A DNA stretch of 64,000 nt from Paragordius varius (lineage: Eukaryota > Animalia > Nematomorpha): positions 868,001 through 932,000 of the forward strand of contig OZ176051.1 in assembly GCA_964247055.1 (NCBI GenBank). Direction: 5' to 3'. A model generated the notes under the pieces. The model ran no database searches. It was not told where the DNA came from and saw only the letters and a program-made list of their open reading frames with translations. Shown piece by piece: positions 26,393-41,535 of the stretch. The position numbers and the translations under genes were made by a program. Positions within the stretch are counted from its first letter, which is position 1; the number at the start of each line of letters is the position of its first letter.

Positions 26393-29300
26393 ATATTGGT
26401 CACCGGTGAACAAAATTATTTTTTATACATTCTCTTAGTAAGACTACATCAAAATATAGAAATAGTTTGACAAATTCTTTCATATCCGATTTTTACAACG
26501 ATACTTTAAAAATTAATGTATTAAACTAGTCGCATCAATACTCAAGTTAAACTTTGTCCTTAAAAATCGGATATTGTTCACCGGTGAACAAAATTATTTT
26601 TTATACATTCTCTTAGCAAGTCTACATCAAAATATAGAGATAGTTTGACAAACTCTTTCATATCCGATTTTTACAACGATATTTAAAAATTAATATATAA
26701 AACTAGTCGTATCAATAAATCGCATACACACTCAAGTTAAACTTTGTCCTTAAAAATCGGATATTGGTCAACCGGTGAACAAAATTATTTTTTATACATT
26801 CTCTTAGTAGGACTACATCAAAATATAGAGATAGTTTGGCAAACTCTTTCATATCCGATTTTTACAACGATACTTTAAAAATTAATGTATAAAACTAGTC
26901 GCATCAATACTCAAGTTAAACTTTGTCCTTAAAAATGGGATATTGGTCACCGGTGAACAAAATTATTTTTTATACATTCTCTTAGTAAGACTACATCAAA
27001 ATATAGAAATAGTTTGACAAATTCTTTCATATCCGATTTTTACAACGATACTTTAAAAATTAATGTATTAAACTAGTCGCATCAATACTTACTTAAACTT
27101 TGTCTTTAAAAATCGGATATTGGTCACCGGTGAACAAAATTATTTTTTAAACATTCTCTTAGCAAGACTACATCAAAATATAGAAATAGTTTAACAAATT
27201 CTTTCATATCCGATTTTTACAACGATACTTTAAAAATTAATGTATAAAACTAGTCGCCTCAATACTCAAGTTAAACTTTGTCCTTAAAAATCGGATATTG
27301 GTCACCGGTGAACAAAATTATTTTATTTACATTCTCTTAGTAAGACTACATCAAAATATAGAAATAGTTTGACAAACTCTTTCATATCCGATTTTTACAA
27401 CGATACTTTAAAAATTAATGTATTAAACTAGTCGCATCAATACACAAGTTAAACTTTGTCCTTAAAAATCGGATGTTCACCGGTGAACAAAATTAATTTT
27501 TATACATTCTCTTAGCAAGACTACATCAGAATATAGAGATAGTTTGACAATTTCTTTCATATCCGATTTTTACAACGATACTTTAAAAATTAATGTATAA
27601 AACTAGTCGCATCAATACTCAAGCTAAACATTGTCCTTAAAAATCGGATATTGGTCACCGGTGAACAAAACTATTTTTTATACATCTTAGTAAGACTACA
27701 TCAAAATATAGAGATAGTTTGACAAACTCTTTCATATCCGATTTTTACAACGATATTTAAAAATTAATATATAAAACTAGTCGTATCAATAAATCGCATA
27801 CATACTCAAGTTAAACTTTGTCCTTAAAAATCGGATATTGGTCACCGGTGAACAAAATTATTTTTTATACATTCTCTTAGTAAGACTACATCAAAATATA
27901 GAAATAGTTTGACAAATTCTTTCATATCCGATTTTTACAACAATACTTTAAAAATTAATGTATAAAACTAGTCGGATCAATACTCAAGCTAAACTTTGTT
28001 CTTAAAAATCGGATATTGTTCACCGGTGAGCAAAATTATTTTTTATACATTCTCTTAGCAAGACTACATCAAAATATAGAGATAGTTTGACAAACTCTTT
28101 CATATCCGATTTTTACAACGATATTTAAAAATTAATATATAAAACTAGTCGCATCAATAAATCGCATACACACTCAAGTTAAACTTTGTCCTTAAAAATC
28201 GGATATTGGTCAACCGGTGAACAAAATTATTTTTTATACATTCTCTTAGTAGGACTACATCAAAATATAGAGATAGTTTGGCAAACTCTTTCATATCCGA
28301 TTTTTACAACGATACTTTAAAAATTAATGTATAAAACTAGTCGCATCAATACTCAACTTAAACTTTGTCCTTAAAAATCGGATATTGGTCACCGGTGAAC
28401 AAAATTATTTTTTATACATTCTCTTAGCAAGACTACATCAAAATATAGAAATAGTTTGACAAATTCTTTCATATCCGATTTTTACAACGATACTTTAAAA
28501 ATTAATGTATAAAACTAGTCGCATCAATACTCAAGTTAAACTTTGTCCTTAAAAATCGGATATTGGTCACCGGTGAACAAAATTATTTTATTTACATTCT
28601 CTTAGTAAGACTACATCAAAATATAGAGATAGTTTGACAAACTCTTTTATATCCGATTTTTACAACGATACTTTAAAAATTAATGTATAAAACTAGGCGT
28701 ATCAATAAATCGCATCAATACTCAAGTTAAACTTTGTCCTTAAAAATCGGATATTGGTCACCGGTGAACAAAATTATTTTTTATACATTCTCTTAGTAGG
28801 ACTACATCAAAATATAGAGATAGTTTGGCAAACTCTTTCATATCCGATTTTTACAACGATACTTTAAAAATTAATGTATAAAACTAGTCGCATCAATACT
28901 CAAGTTAAACTTTGTCTATTAAAAATCGGATATTGGTCACCGGTGAACAAAATTATTTTTTATACATTCTCTTAGTAAGACTACATCAAAATATAGAAAT
29001 AGTTTGACAAATTCTTTCATATCCGATTTTTACAACGATACTTTAAAAATTAATGTATTAAACTAGTCGCATCAATACTCAACTTAAACTTTGTCCTTGA
29101 AAATCGGATATTGGTCACCGGTGAACAAAATTATTTTTTATACATTCTCTTAGCAAGACTACATCAAAATATAGAGATAGTTTGACAAACTTTTTCATAT
29201 CCGATTTTTACATCGATACTTTAAAAATTATGGTATTAAACCAGTCGCATCAATACTCAAGTTAAACATTGTCCTTAAAAATCGGATATTGGTCACCGGT

Positions 29301-31082
29301 GAACAAAACTATTTTTTATACATTCTCTTAGTAAGACTACATCGAAATATAGAGATAGTTTGGCAAACTCTTTCATATCCGATTTTTACAACGATACTTT
29401 AAAAATTAATGTATAAAACTAGTCGCATCAATACTCAAGTTAAACTTTGTCTATTAAAAATCGGATATTGGTCACCGGTGAACAAAATTATTTTTTATAC
29501 ATTCTCTTAGTAAGACTACATCAAAATATAGAAATAGTTTGACAAATTCTTTCATATCCGATTTTTACAACAATACTTTAAAAATTAATGTATAAAACTA
29601 GTCGGATCAATACTCAAGCTAAACTTTGTTCTTAAAAATCGGATATTGTTCACCGGTGAGCAAAATTATTTTATTTACATTCTCTTAGTAAGACTACATC
29701 AAAATATAGAGATAGTTTGACAAACTCTTTTATATCCGATTTTTACAACGATACTTTAAAAATTAATGTATAAAACTAGGCGTATCAATAAATCGCATCA
29801 ATACTCAAGTTAAACTTTGTCCTTAAAAATCGGATATTGGTCACCGGTGAACAAAATTATTTTTTATACATTCTCTTAGTAGGACTACATCAAAATATAG
29901 AGATAGTTTGGCAAACTCTTTCATATCCGATTTTTACAACGATACTTTAAAAATTAATGTATAAAACTAGTCGCATCAATACTCAAGTTAAACTTTGTCT
30001 ATTAAAAATCGGATATTGGTCACCGGTGAACAAAATTATTTTTTATACATTCTCTTAGTAAGACTACATCAAAATATAGAAATAGTTTGACAAATTCTTT
30101 CATATCCGATTTTTACAACGATACTTTAAAAATTAATGTATTAAACTAGTCGCATCAATACTCAACTTAAACTTTGTCCTTGAAAATCGGATATTGGTCA
30201 CCGGTGAACAAAATTATTTTTTATACATTCTCTTAGCAAGACTACATCAAAATATAGAGATAGTTTGACAAACTTTTTCATATCCGATTTTTACATCGAT
30301 ACTTTAAAAATTATGGTATTAAACCAGTCGCATCAATACTCAAGTTAAACATTGTCCTTAAAAATCGGATATTGGTCACCGGTGAACAAAACTATTTTTT
30401 ATACATTCTCTTAGTAAGACTACATCGAAATATAGAGATAGTTTGGCAAACTCTTTCATATCCGATTTTTACAACGATATTTAAAAATTAATGTATAAAA
30501 CTAGTCGCATCAATACTCAAGTTAAACTTTGTCCTTAAAAATCGGATAATGGTCACCGGTGAACAAAATTATTTTTTATACATTCTCTTAGTAAGACTAC
30601 ATCAAAATATAGAGATAGTTTGACAAACTCTTTCATATCCGATTTTTACAACGATATTTAAAAATTAATATATAAAACTAGTCGTATCAATAAATCGCAT
30701 ACACACTCAAGTTAAACTTTGTCCTTAAAAATCGGATATTGGTCAACCGGTGAACAAAATTATTTTTTATACATTCTCTTAGTAGGACTACATCAAAATA
30801 TAGAGATAGTTTGGCAAACTCTTTCATATCCGATTTTTAGTATAAAACTAGTCGTATCAATAAATCGCATCAATACTCAAGTTAAACTTTCTCCTTAAAA
30901 ATCGGATATTGGTCACCGGTGAACAAAATTATTTTTTATACATTCTCTTAGTAGGACTACATCAAAATATAGAGATAGTTTGGCAAACTCTTTCATATCC
31001 GATTTTTACAACGATATTTAAAAATTAATGTATAAAACTAGTCGCATCAATACTCAAGTTAAACTTTGTCCTTAAAAATCGG

Positions 31083-34000
31083 ATATTGGTCACCGGTGAA
31101 CAAAATTATTTTTTATACATTCTCTTAGTAAGACTACATCAAAATATAGAGATAGTTTGACAAACTCTTTCATATCCGATTTTTACAACGATATTTAAAA
31201 ATTAATATATAAAACTAGTCGTATCAATAAATCGCATACACACTCAAGTTAAACTTTGTCCTTAAAAATCGGATATTGATCAACCGGTGAACAAAATTAT
31301 TTTTTATACATTCTCTTAGTAGGACTACATCAAAATATAGAGATAGTTTGGCAAACTCTTTCATATCCGATTTTTAGTATAAAACTAGTCGTATCAATAA
31401 ATCGCATCAATACTCAAGTTAAACTTTCTCCTTAAAAATCGGATATTGGTCACCGGTGAACAAAATTATTTTTTATACATTCTCTTAGTAGGACTACATC
31501 AAAATATAGAGATAGTTTGGCAAACTCTTTCATATCCGATTTTTACAACGATATTTAAAAATTAATGTATAAAACTAGTCGCATCAATACTCAAGTTAAA
31601 CTTTGTCCTTAAAAATCGGATATTGGTCAACCGGTGAACAAAATTATTTTTCATACATTCTCTTAGTAGGACTACATCAAAATATAGAGATAGTTTGGCA
31701 AACTCTTTCATATCCGATTTTTAGTATAAAACTAGTCGTATCAATAAATCGCATCAATACTCAAGTTAAACTTTCTCCTTAAAAATCAGATATTGGTCAC
31801 CGGTGAACAAAATTATTTTTTATACATTCTCTTAGTAGGACTACATCAAAATATAGAGATAGTTTGGCAAACTCTTTCATATCCGATTTTTACAACGATA
31901 TTTAAAAATTAATGTATAAAACTAGTCGCATCAATACTCAAGTTAAACTTTGTCCTTAAAAATCGGATATTGGTCACCGGTGAACAAAATTATTTTTTAT
32001 ACATTCTCTTAGTAAGACTACATCAAAATATAGAGATAGTTTGACAAACTCTTTCATATCCGATTTTTACAACGATATTTAAAAATTAATATATAAAACT
32101 AGTCGTATCAATAAATCGCATACACACTCAAGTTAAACTTTGTCCTTAAAAATCGGATATTGGTCAACCGGTGAACAAAATTATTTTTTATACATTCTCT
32201 TAGTAGGACTACATCAAAATATAGAGATAGTTTGGCAAACTCTTTCATATCCGATTTTTACAACGATACTTTAAAAATTAATGTATAAAACTAGTCGCAT
32301 CAATACTCAAGTTAAACTTTGTCCTTAAAAATGGGATATTGGTCACCGGTGAACAAAATTATTTTTTATACATTCTCTTAGTAAGACTACATCAAAATAT
32401 AGAAATAGTTTGACAAATTCTTTCATATCCGATTTTTACAACGATACTTTAAAAATTAATGTATTAAACTAGTCGCATCAATACTCAAGTTAAACTTTGT
32501 CCTTAAAAATCGGATATTGGTCACCGGTGAACAAAATTATTTTATTTACATTCTCTTAGTAAGACTACATCAAAATATAGAGATAGTTTGACAAACTCTT
32601 TTATATCCGATTTTTACAACGATACTTTAAAAATTAATGTATAAAACTAGGCGTATCAATAAATCGCATCAATACTCAAGTTAAACTTTGTCCTTAAAAA
32701 TCGGATATTGGTCACCGGTGAACAAAATTATTTTTTATACATTCTCTTAGTAGGACTACATCAAAATATAGAGATAGTTTGGCAAACTCTTTCATATCCG
32801 ATTTTTACAACGATACTTTAAAAATTAATGTATAAAACTAGTCGCATCAATACTCAAGTTAAACTTTGTCTATTAAAAATCGGATATTGGTCACCGGTGA
32901 ACAAAATTATTTTTTATACATTCTCTTAGTAAGACTACATCAAAATATAGAAATAGTTTGACAAATTCTTTCATATCCGATTTTTACAACGATACTTTTA
33001 AAATTAATGTATAAAACTAGTCGCATCAATACTCAAGTTAAACTTAGTCCTTAAAAATCGGATATTGGTCACCGGTGAACAAAATTATTTTATTTACATT
33101 CTCTTAGTAAGACTACATCAAAATATAGAAATAGTTTGACAAACTCTTTCATATCCGATTTTTACAACGATACTTTAAAAATTTATGTATTAAACTAGTC
33201 GCATCAATACTCAAGTTAAACTTTGTCCTTAAAAATCGGATATTGTTCACCTGAACAAAATTATTTTTTATACATTCTCTTAGCAAGTCTACATCAAAAT
33301 ATAGAGATAGTTTGACAAACTCTTTCATATCCGATTTTTACAACGATATTTAAAAATTAATATATAAAACTAGTCGTATCAATAAATCGCATACACACTC
33401 AAGTTAAACTTTGTCCTTAAAAATCGGATATTGGTCAACCGGTGAACAAAATTATTTTTTATACATTCTCTTAGTAGGACTACATCAAAATATAGAGATA
33501 GTTTGGCAAACTCTTTCATATCCGATTTTTACAACGATACTTTAAAAATTAATGTATAAAACTAGTCGCATCAATACTCAACTTAAACTTTGTCCTTAAA
33601 AATCGGATATTGGTCACCGGTGAACAAAATTATTTTTTATACATTCTCTTAGCAAGACTACATCAAAATATAGAAATAGTTTGACAAATTCTTTCATATC
33701 CGATTTTTACAACGATACTTTAAAAATTAATGTATAAAACTAGTCGCCTCAATACTCAAGTTAAACTTTGTCCTTAAAAATCGGATATTGGTCACCGGTG
33801 AACAAAATTGTTTTATTTACATTCTCTTAGTAAGACTACATCAGAATATAGAAATATTTTGACAAACTCTTTCATATCCGATTTTTACAACGATACTTTA
33901 AAAATTAATGTATTAAACTAGTCGCATCAATACTCAAGTTAAACTTTGTCCTTAAAAATCGGATGTTCACCGGTGAACAAAATTATTTTTTATACATTCT

Positions 34001-37000
34001 CTTAGCAAGACTACATCAGAATATAGAGATAGTTTGACAATTTCTTTCATATCCGATTTTTACAACGATACTTTAAAAATTAATGTATAAAACTAGTCGC
34101 ATCAATACTCAAGCTAAACATTGTCCTTAAAAATCGGATATTGGTCACCGGTGAACAAAACTATTTTTTATACATCTTAGTAAGACTACATCAAAATATA
34201 GAGATAGTTTGACAAACTCTTTCATATCCGATTTTTACAACGATATTTAAAAATTAATATATAAAATTAGTCGTATCAATAAATCGCATACATACTCAAG
34301 TTAAACTTTGTCCTTAAAAATCGGATATTGGTCACCGGTGAACAAAATTATTTTTTATACATTCTCTTAGTAAGACTACATCAAAATATAGAAATAGTTT
34401 GACAAATTCTTTCATATCCGATTTTTACAACGATACTTTAAAAATTAATGTATAAAACTAGTCGGATCAATACTCAAGCTAAACTTTGTTCTTAAAAATC
34501 GGATATTGTTCACCGGTGAACAAAATTATTTTTTATACATTCTCTTAGCAAGACTACATCAAAATATAGAGATAGTTTGACAAACTCTTTCATATCCGAT
34601 TTTTACAACGATATTTAAAAATTAATATATAAAACTAGTCGTATCAATAAATCGCATACACACTCAAGTTAAACTTTGTCCTTAAAAATCGGATATTGGT
34701 CAACCGGTGAACAAAATTATTTTTTATACATTCTCTTAGTAGGACTACATCAAAATATAGAGATAGTTTGGCAAACTCTTTCATATCCGATTTTTACAAC
34801 GATACTTTAAAAATTAATGTATAAAACTAGTCGCATCAATACTCAAGTTAAACTTTGTCCTTAAAAATCGGATATTGGTCACCGGTGAACAAAATTATTT
34901 TTTATACATTCTCTTAGTAAGACTACATCAAAATATAGAGATAGTTTGACAAACTCTTTCATATCCGATTTTTACAACGATATTTAAAAATTAATATATA
35001 AAACTAGTCGTATCAATAAATCGCATACACACTCAAGTTAAACTTTGTCCTTAAAAATCGGATATTGATCAACCGGTGAACAAAATTATTTTTTATACAT
35101 TCTCTTAGTAGGACTACATCAAAATATAGAGATAGTTTGGCAAACTCTTTCATATCCGATTTTTAGTATAAAACTAGTCGTATCAATAAATCGCATCAAT
35201 ACTCAAGTTAAACTTTCTCCTTAAAAATCGGATATTGGTCACCGGTGAACAAAATTATTTTTTATACATTCTCTTAGTAGGACTACATCAAAATATAGAG
35301 ATAGTTTGGCAAACTCTTTCATATCCGATTTTTACAACGATATTTAAAAATTAATGTATAAAACTAGTCGCATCAATACTCAAGTTAAACTTTGTCCTTA
35401 AAAATCGGATATTGGTCAACCGGTGAACAAAATTATTTTTCATACATTCTCTTAGTAGGACTACATCAAAATATAGAGATAGTTTGGCAAACTCTTTCAT
35501 ATCCGATTTTTAGTATAAAACTAGTCGTATCAATAAATCGCATCAATACTCAAGTTAAACTTTCTCCTTAAAAATCAGATATTGGTCACCGGTGAACAAA
35601 ATTATTTTTTATACATTCTCTTAGTAGGACTACATCAAAATATAGAGATAGTTTGGCAAACTCTTTCATATCCGATTTTTACAACGATATTTAAAAATTA
35701 ATGTATAAAACTAGTCGCATCAATACTCAAGTTAAACTTTGTCCTTAAAAATCGGATATTGGTCACCGGTGAACAAAATTATTTTTTATACATTCTCTTA
35801 GTAAGACTACATCAAAATATAGAGATAGTTTGACAAACTCTTTCATATCCGATTTTTACAACGATATTTAAAAATTAATATATAAAACTAGTCGTATCAA
35901 TAAATCGCATACACACTCAAGTTAAACTTTGTCCTTAAAAATCGGATATTGGTCAACCGGTGAACAAAATTATTTTTTATACATTCTCTTAGTAGGACTA
36001 CATCAAAATATAGAGATAGTTTGGCAAACTCTTTCATATCCGATTTTTACAACGATACTTTAAAAATTAATGTATAAAACTAGTCGCATCAATACTCAAG
36101 TTAAACTTTGTCCTTAAAAATGGGATATTGGTCACCGGTGAACAAAATTATTTTTTATACATTCTCTTAGTAAGACTACATCAAAATATAGAAATAGTTT
36201 GACAAATTCTTTCATATCCGATTTTTACAACGATACTTTAAAAATTAATGTATTAAACTAGTCGCATCAATACTCAAGTTAAACTTTGTCCTTAAAAATC
36301 GGATATTGGTCACCGGTGAACAAAATTATTTTATTTACATTCTCTTAGTAAGACTACATCAAAATATAGAGATAGTTTGACAAACTCTTTTATATCCGAT
36401 TTTTACAACGATACTTTAAAAATTAATGTATAAAACTAGGCGTATCAATAAATCGCATCAATACTCAAGTTAAACTTTGTCCTTAAAAATCGGATATTGG
36501 TCACCGGTGAACAAAATTATTTTTTATACATTCTCTTAGTAGGACTACATCAAAATATAGAGATAGTTTGGCAAACTCTTTCATATCCGATTTTTACAAC
36601 GATACTTTAAAAATTAATGTATAAAACTAGTCGCATCAATACTCAAGTTAAACTTTGTCTATTAAAAATCGGATATTGGTCACCGGTGAACAAAATTATT
36701 TTTTATACATTCTCTTAGTAAGACTACATCAAAATATAGAAATAGTTTGACAAATTCTTTCATATCCGATTTTTACAACGATACTTTTAAAATTAATGTA
36801 TAAAACTAGTCGCATCAATACTCAAGTTAAACTTAGTCCTTAAAAATCGGATATTGGTCACCGGTGAACAAAATTATTTTATTTACATTCTCTTAGTAAG
36901 ACTACATCAAAATATAGAAATAGTTTGACAAACTCTTTCATATCCGATTTTTACAACGATACTTTAAAAATTTATGTATTAAACTAGTCGCATCAATACT

Positions 37001-38660
37001 CAAGTTAAACTTTGTCCTTAAAAATCGGATATTGTTCACCTGAACAAAATTATTTTTTATACATTCTCTTAGCAAGTCTACATCAAAATATAGAGATAGT
37101 TTGACAAACTCTTTCATATCCGATTTTTACAACGATATTTAAAAATTAATATATAAAACTAGTCGTATCAATAAATCGCATACACACTCAAGTTAAACTT
37201 TGTCCTTAAAAATCGGATATTGGTCAACCGGTGAACAAAATTATTTTTTATACATTCTCTTAGTAGGACTACATCAAAATATAGAGATAGTTTGGCAAAC
37301 TCTTTCATATCCGATTTTTACAACGATACTTTAAAAATTAATGTATAAAACTAGTCGCATCAATACTCAACTTAAACTTTGTCCTTAAAAATCGGATATT
37401 GGTCACCGGTGAACAAAATTATTTTTTATACATTCTCTTAGCAAGACTACATCAAAATATAGAAATAGTTTGACAAATTCTTTCATATCCGATTTTTACA
37501 ACGATACTTTAAAAATTAATGTATAAAACTAGTCGCCTCAATACTCAAGTTAAACTTTGTCCTTAAAAATCGGATATTGGTCACCGGTGAACAAAATTGT
37601 TTTATTTACATTCTCTTAGTAAGACTACATCAGAATATAGAAATATTTTGACAAACTCTTTCATATCCGATTTTTACAACGATACTTTAAAAATTAATGT
37701 ATTAAACTAGTCGCATCAATACTCAAGTTAAACTTTGTCCTTAAAAATCGGATGTTCACCGGTGAACAAAATTATTTTTTATACATTCTCTTAGCAAGAC
37801 TACATCAGAATATAGAGATAGTTTGACAATTTCTTTCATATCCGATTTTTACAACGATACTTTAAAAATTAATGTATAAAACTAGTCGCATCAATACTCA
37901 AGCTAAACATTGTCCTTAAAAATCGGATATTGGTCACCGGTGAACAAAACTATTTTTTATACATCTTAGTAAGACTACATCAAAATATAGAGATAGTTTG
38001 ACAAACTCTTTCATATCCGATTTTTACAACGATATTTAAAAATTAATATATAAAATTAGTCGTATCAATAAATCGCATACATACTCAAGTTAAACTTTGT
38101 CCTTAAAAATCGGATATTGGTCACCGGTGAACAAAATTATTTTTTATACATTCTCTTAGTAAGACTACATCAAAATATAGAAATAGTTTGACAAATTCTT
38201 TCATATCCGATTTTTACAACGATACTTTAAAAATTAATGTATAAAACTAGTCGGATCAATACTCAAGCTAAACTTTGTTCTTAAAAATCGGATATTGTTC
38301 ACCGGTGAACAAAATTATTTTTTATACATTCTCTTAGCAAGACTACATCAAAATATAGAGATAGTTTGACAAACTCTTTCATATCCGATTTTTACAACGA
38401 TATTTAAAAATTAATATATAAAACTAGTCGTATCAATAAATCGCATACACACTCAAGTTAAACTTTGTCCTTAAAAATCGGATATTGGTCAACCGGTGAA
38501 CAAAATTATTTTTTATACATTCTCTTAGTAGGACTACATCAAAATATAGAGATAGTTTGGCAAACTCTTTCATATCCGATTTTTACAACGATACTTTAAA
38601 AATTAATGTATAAAACTAGTCGCATCAATACTCAAGTTAAACTTTGTCCTTAAAAATCGG
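31083..38660 (+). repeat. Tandem duplication of a 3789-bp 21-mer (31083-34871 / 34872-38660)
   Basis: Private variants recur at exactly +3789: GATATTGATC (31273/35062), TCACCTGAAC 2-bp deletion (33241/37030), AAAATTAGTCG (34261/38050), and 22-bp deletion monomers. Similarity ends at 38661. Confidence 0.95.
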
Positions 38661-41535
38661 ATATTGGTCAGCGGTGAACAAAATTATTTTATTTACATTC
38701 TCTTAGTAAGACTACATCAAAATATAGAAATAGTTTGACAAACTCTTTCATATCCGATTTTTACAACGATACTTTAAAAATTAATGTATTAAACTAGTCG
38801 CATCAATACTCAAGTTAAACTTTGTCCTTAAAAATCGGATGTTCACCGGTGAACAAAATTATTTTTTATACATTCTCTTAGCAAGACTACATCAAAATAT
38901 AGAGATAGTTTGACAATTTCTTTCATATCCGATTTTTACAACGATACTTTAAAAATTAATGTATAAAACTAGTCGCATCAATACTCAAGCTAAACATTGT
39001 CCTTAAAAATCATATATTGGTCACCGGTGAACAAAACTATTTTTTCTACATCTTAGTAAGACTACATCAAAATATAGAGATAGTTTGACAAACTCTTTCA
39101 TATCCGATTTTTACAACGATATTTAAAAATTAATATATAAAAGTAGTCGTATCAATAAATCGCATACATACTCAAGTTAAACTTTGTCCTTAAAAATCGG
39201 ATATTGGTCACCGGTGAACAAAATTATTTTTTATACATTCTCTTAGTAAGACTACATCAAAATATAGAAATAGTTTGACAAATTCTTTCATATCCGATTT
39301 TTACAACGATACTTTAAAAATTAATGTATAAAACTAGTCGGATCAATACTCAAGCTAAACTTTGTTATTAAAAATCGGATATTGGTCACCGGTGAACAAA
39401 ATTATTTTTTATACATTCTCTTAGTAAGACTACATCAAAATATAGAGATAGTTTGACAAACTCTTTCATATCCGATTTTTACAACGATACTTTAAAAATT
39501 ATGGTATTAAACCAGTCGCATCAATACTCAAGTTAATTGTCCTTAAAAATCGAATATTGGTCACCGGTGAACAAAACTATTTTTTATACATTCTCTTAGT
39601 AAGACTACATCAAAATATAGAGATAGTTTGGCAAACTGTTTCATATCCGATTTTTACAACGATACTTTAAAAATTAATGTATAAAACTAGTCGCATCAAT
39701 ACTCAAGTTAAACTTTGTCCTTAAAAATCGGATATTGGTCACCGGTGAACAAAATAATTTTTTATACATTCTCTTAGGAGTACATCAAAATATAGAAATA
39801 GTTTGACAAACTCTTTCATATGCGATTTTTACAACGATGCTTTAAAAATTAATGTATTAAACTAGTCGCATCAATACTCAAGCTAAACATTGTCCTTAAA
39901 AATCGGATATTGGTCACCGGTGAACAAAACTATTTTTTATACATTCTCTTAGTAAGACTACATCAAAATATAGAGATAGTTTGACAAACTCTTTCATATC
40001 CGATTTTTACAACGATATTTAAAAATTAATATATAAAACTAGTCGTATCAATAAATCGCATACATACTCAAGTTAAACTTTGTCCTTAAAAATCGGATAT
40101 TGGTCACCGGTGAACAAAATTATTTTATTTACATTCTCTTAGTAAGACTACATCAAAATATAGAAATAGTTTGACAAACTCTTTCATATCCGATTTTTAC
40201 AACGATACTTTAAAAATTAATGTATTAAACTAGTCGCATCAATACTGAAGTTAAACTTTGTCCTTAAAAATCGGATGTTCACCGGTGAACAAAATTATTT
40301 TTTATACATTCTCTTAGCAAGACTACATCAAAATATAGAGATAGTTTGACAATTTCTTTCATATCCGATTTTTACAACGATACTTTAAAAATTAATGTAT
40401 AAAACTAGTCGCATCAATACTCAAGCTAAACATTGTCCTTAAAAATCATATATTGGTCACCGGTGAACAAAACTATTTTTTCTACATCTTAGTAAGACTA
40501 CATCAAAATATAGAGATAGTTTGACAAACTCTTTCATATCCGATTTTTACAACGATATTTAAAAATTAATATATAAAACTAGTCGTATCAATAAATCGCA
40601 TACATACTCAAGTTAAACTTTGTCCTTAAAAATCGGATATTGGTCACCGGTGAACAAAATTATTTTTTATACATTCTCTTAGTAAGACTACATCAAAATA
40701 TAGAAATAGTTTGACAAATTCTTTCATATCCGATTTTTACAACGATACTTTAAAAATTAATGTATAAAACTAGTCGGATCAATACTCAAGCTAAACTTTG
40801 TTATTAAAAATCGGATATTGGTCACCGGTGAACAAAATTATTTTTTTTACATTCTCTTAGTAAGACTACATCAAAATATAGAGATAGTTTGACAAACTCT
40901 TTCATATCCGATTTTTACAACGATACTTTAAAAATTATGGTATTAAACCAGTCGCATCAATACTCAAGTTAAACTTTGTCCTTAAAAATCGAATATTGGT
41001 CACCGGTGAACAAAACTATTTTTTATACATTCTCTTAGTAAGACTACATCAAAATATAGAGATAGTTTGGCAAACTGTTTCATATCCGATTTTTACAACG
41101 ATACTTTAAAAATTAATGTATAAAACTAGTCGCATCAATACTCAAGTTAAACTTTGTCCTTAAAAATCGGATATTGGTCACCGGTGAACAAAATAATTTT
41201 TTATACATTCTCTTAGGAGTACATCAAAATATAGAAATAGTTTGACAAACTCTTTCATATGCGATTTTTACAACGATGCTTTAAAAATTAATGTATTAAA
41301 CTAGTCGCATCAATACTCAAGCTAAACATTGTCCTTAAAAATCGGATATTGGTCACCGGTGAACAAAACTATTTTTTATACATTCTCTTAGTAAGACTAC
41401 ATCAAAATATAGAGATAGTTTGACAAACTCTTTCATATCCGATTTTTACAACGATATTTAAAAATTAATATATAAAACTAGTCGTATCAATAAATCGCAT
41501 ACATACTCAAGTTAAACTTTGTCCTTAAAAATCGG
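38661..41535 (+). repeat. Tandem duplication of an 8-mer (1436/1439 bp)
   Basis: Starts 38661 and 40097. Shared AATCATAT (monomer starts 39014/40450) and TTTCTACATCTTAG. A 3-bp deletion near 39537 explains 1436 vs 1439. Confidence 0.9.
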
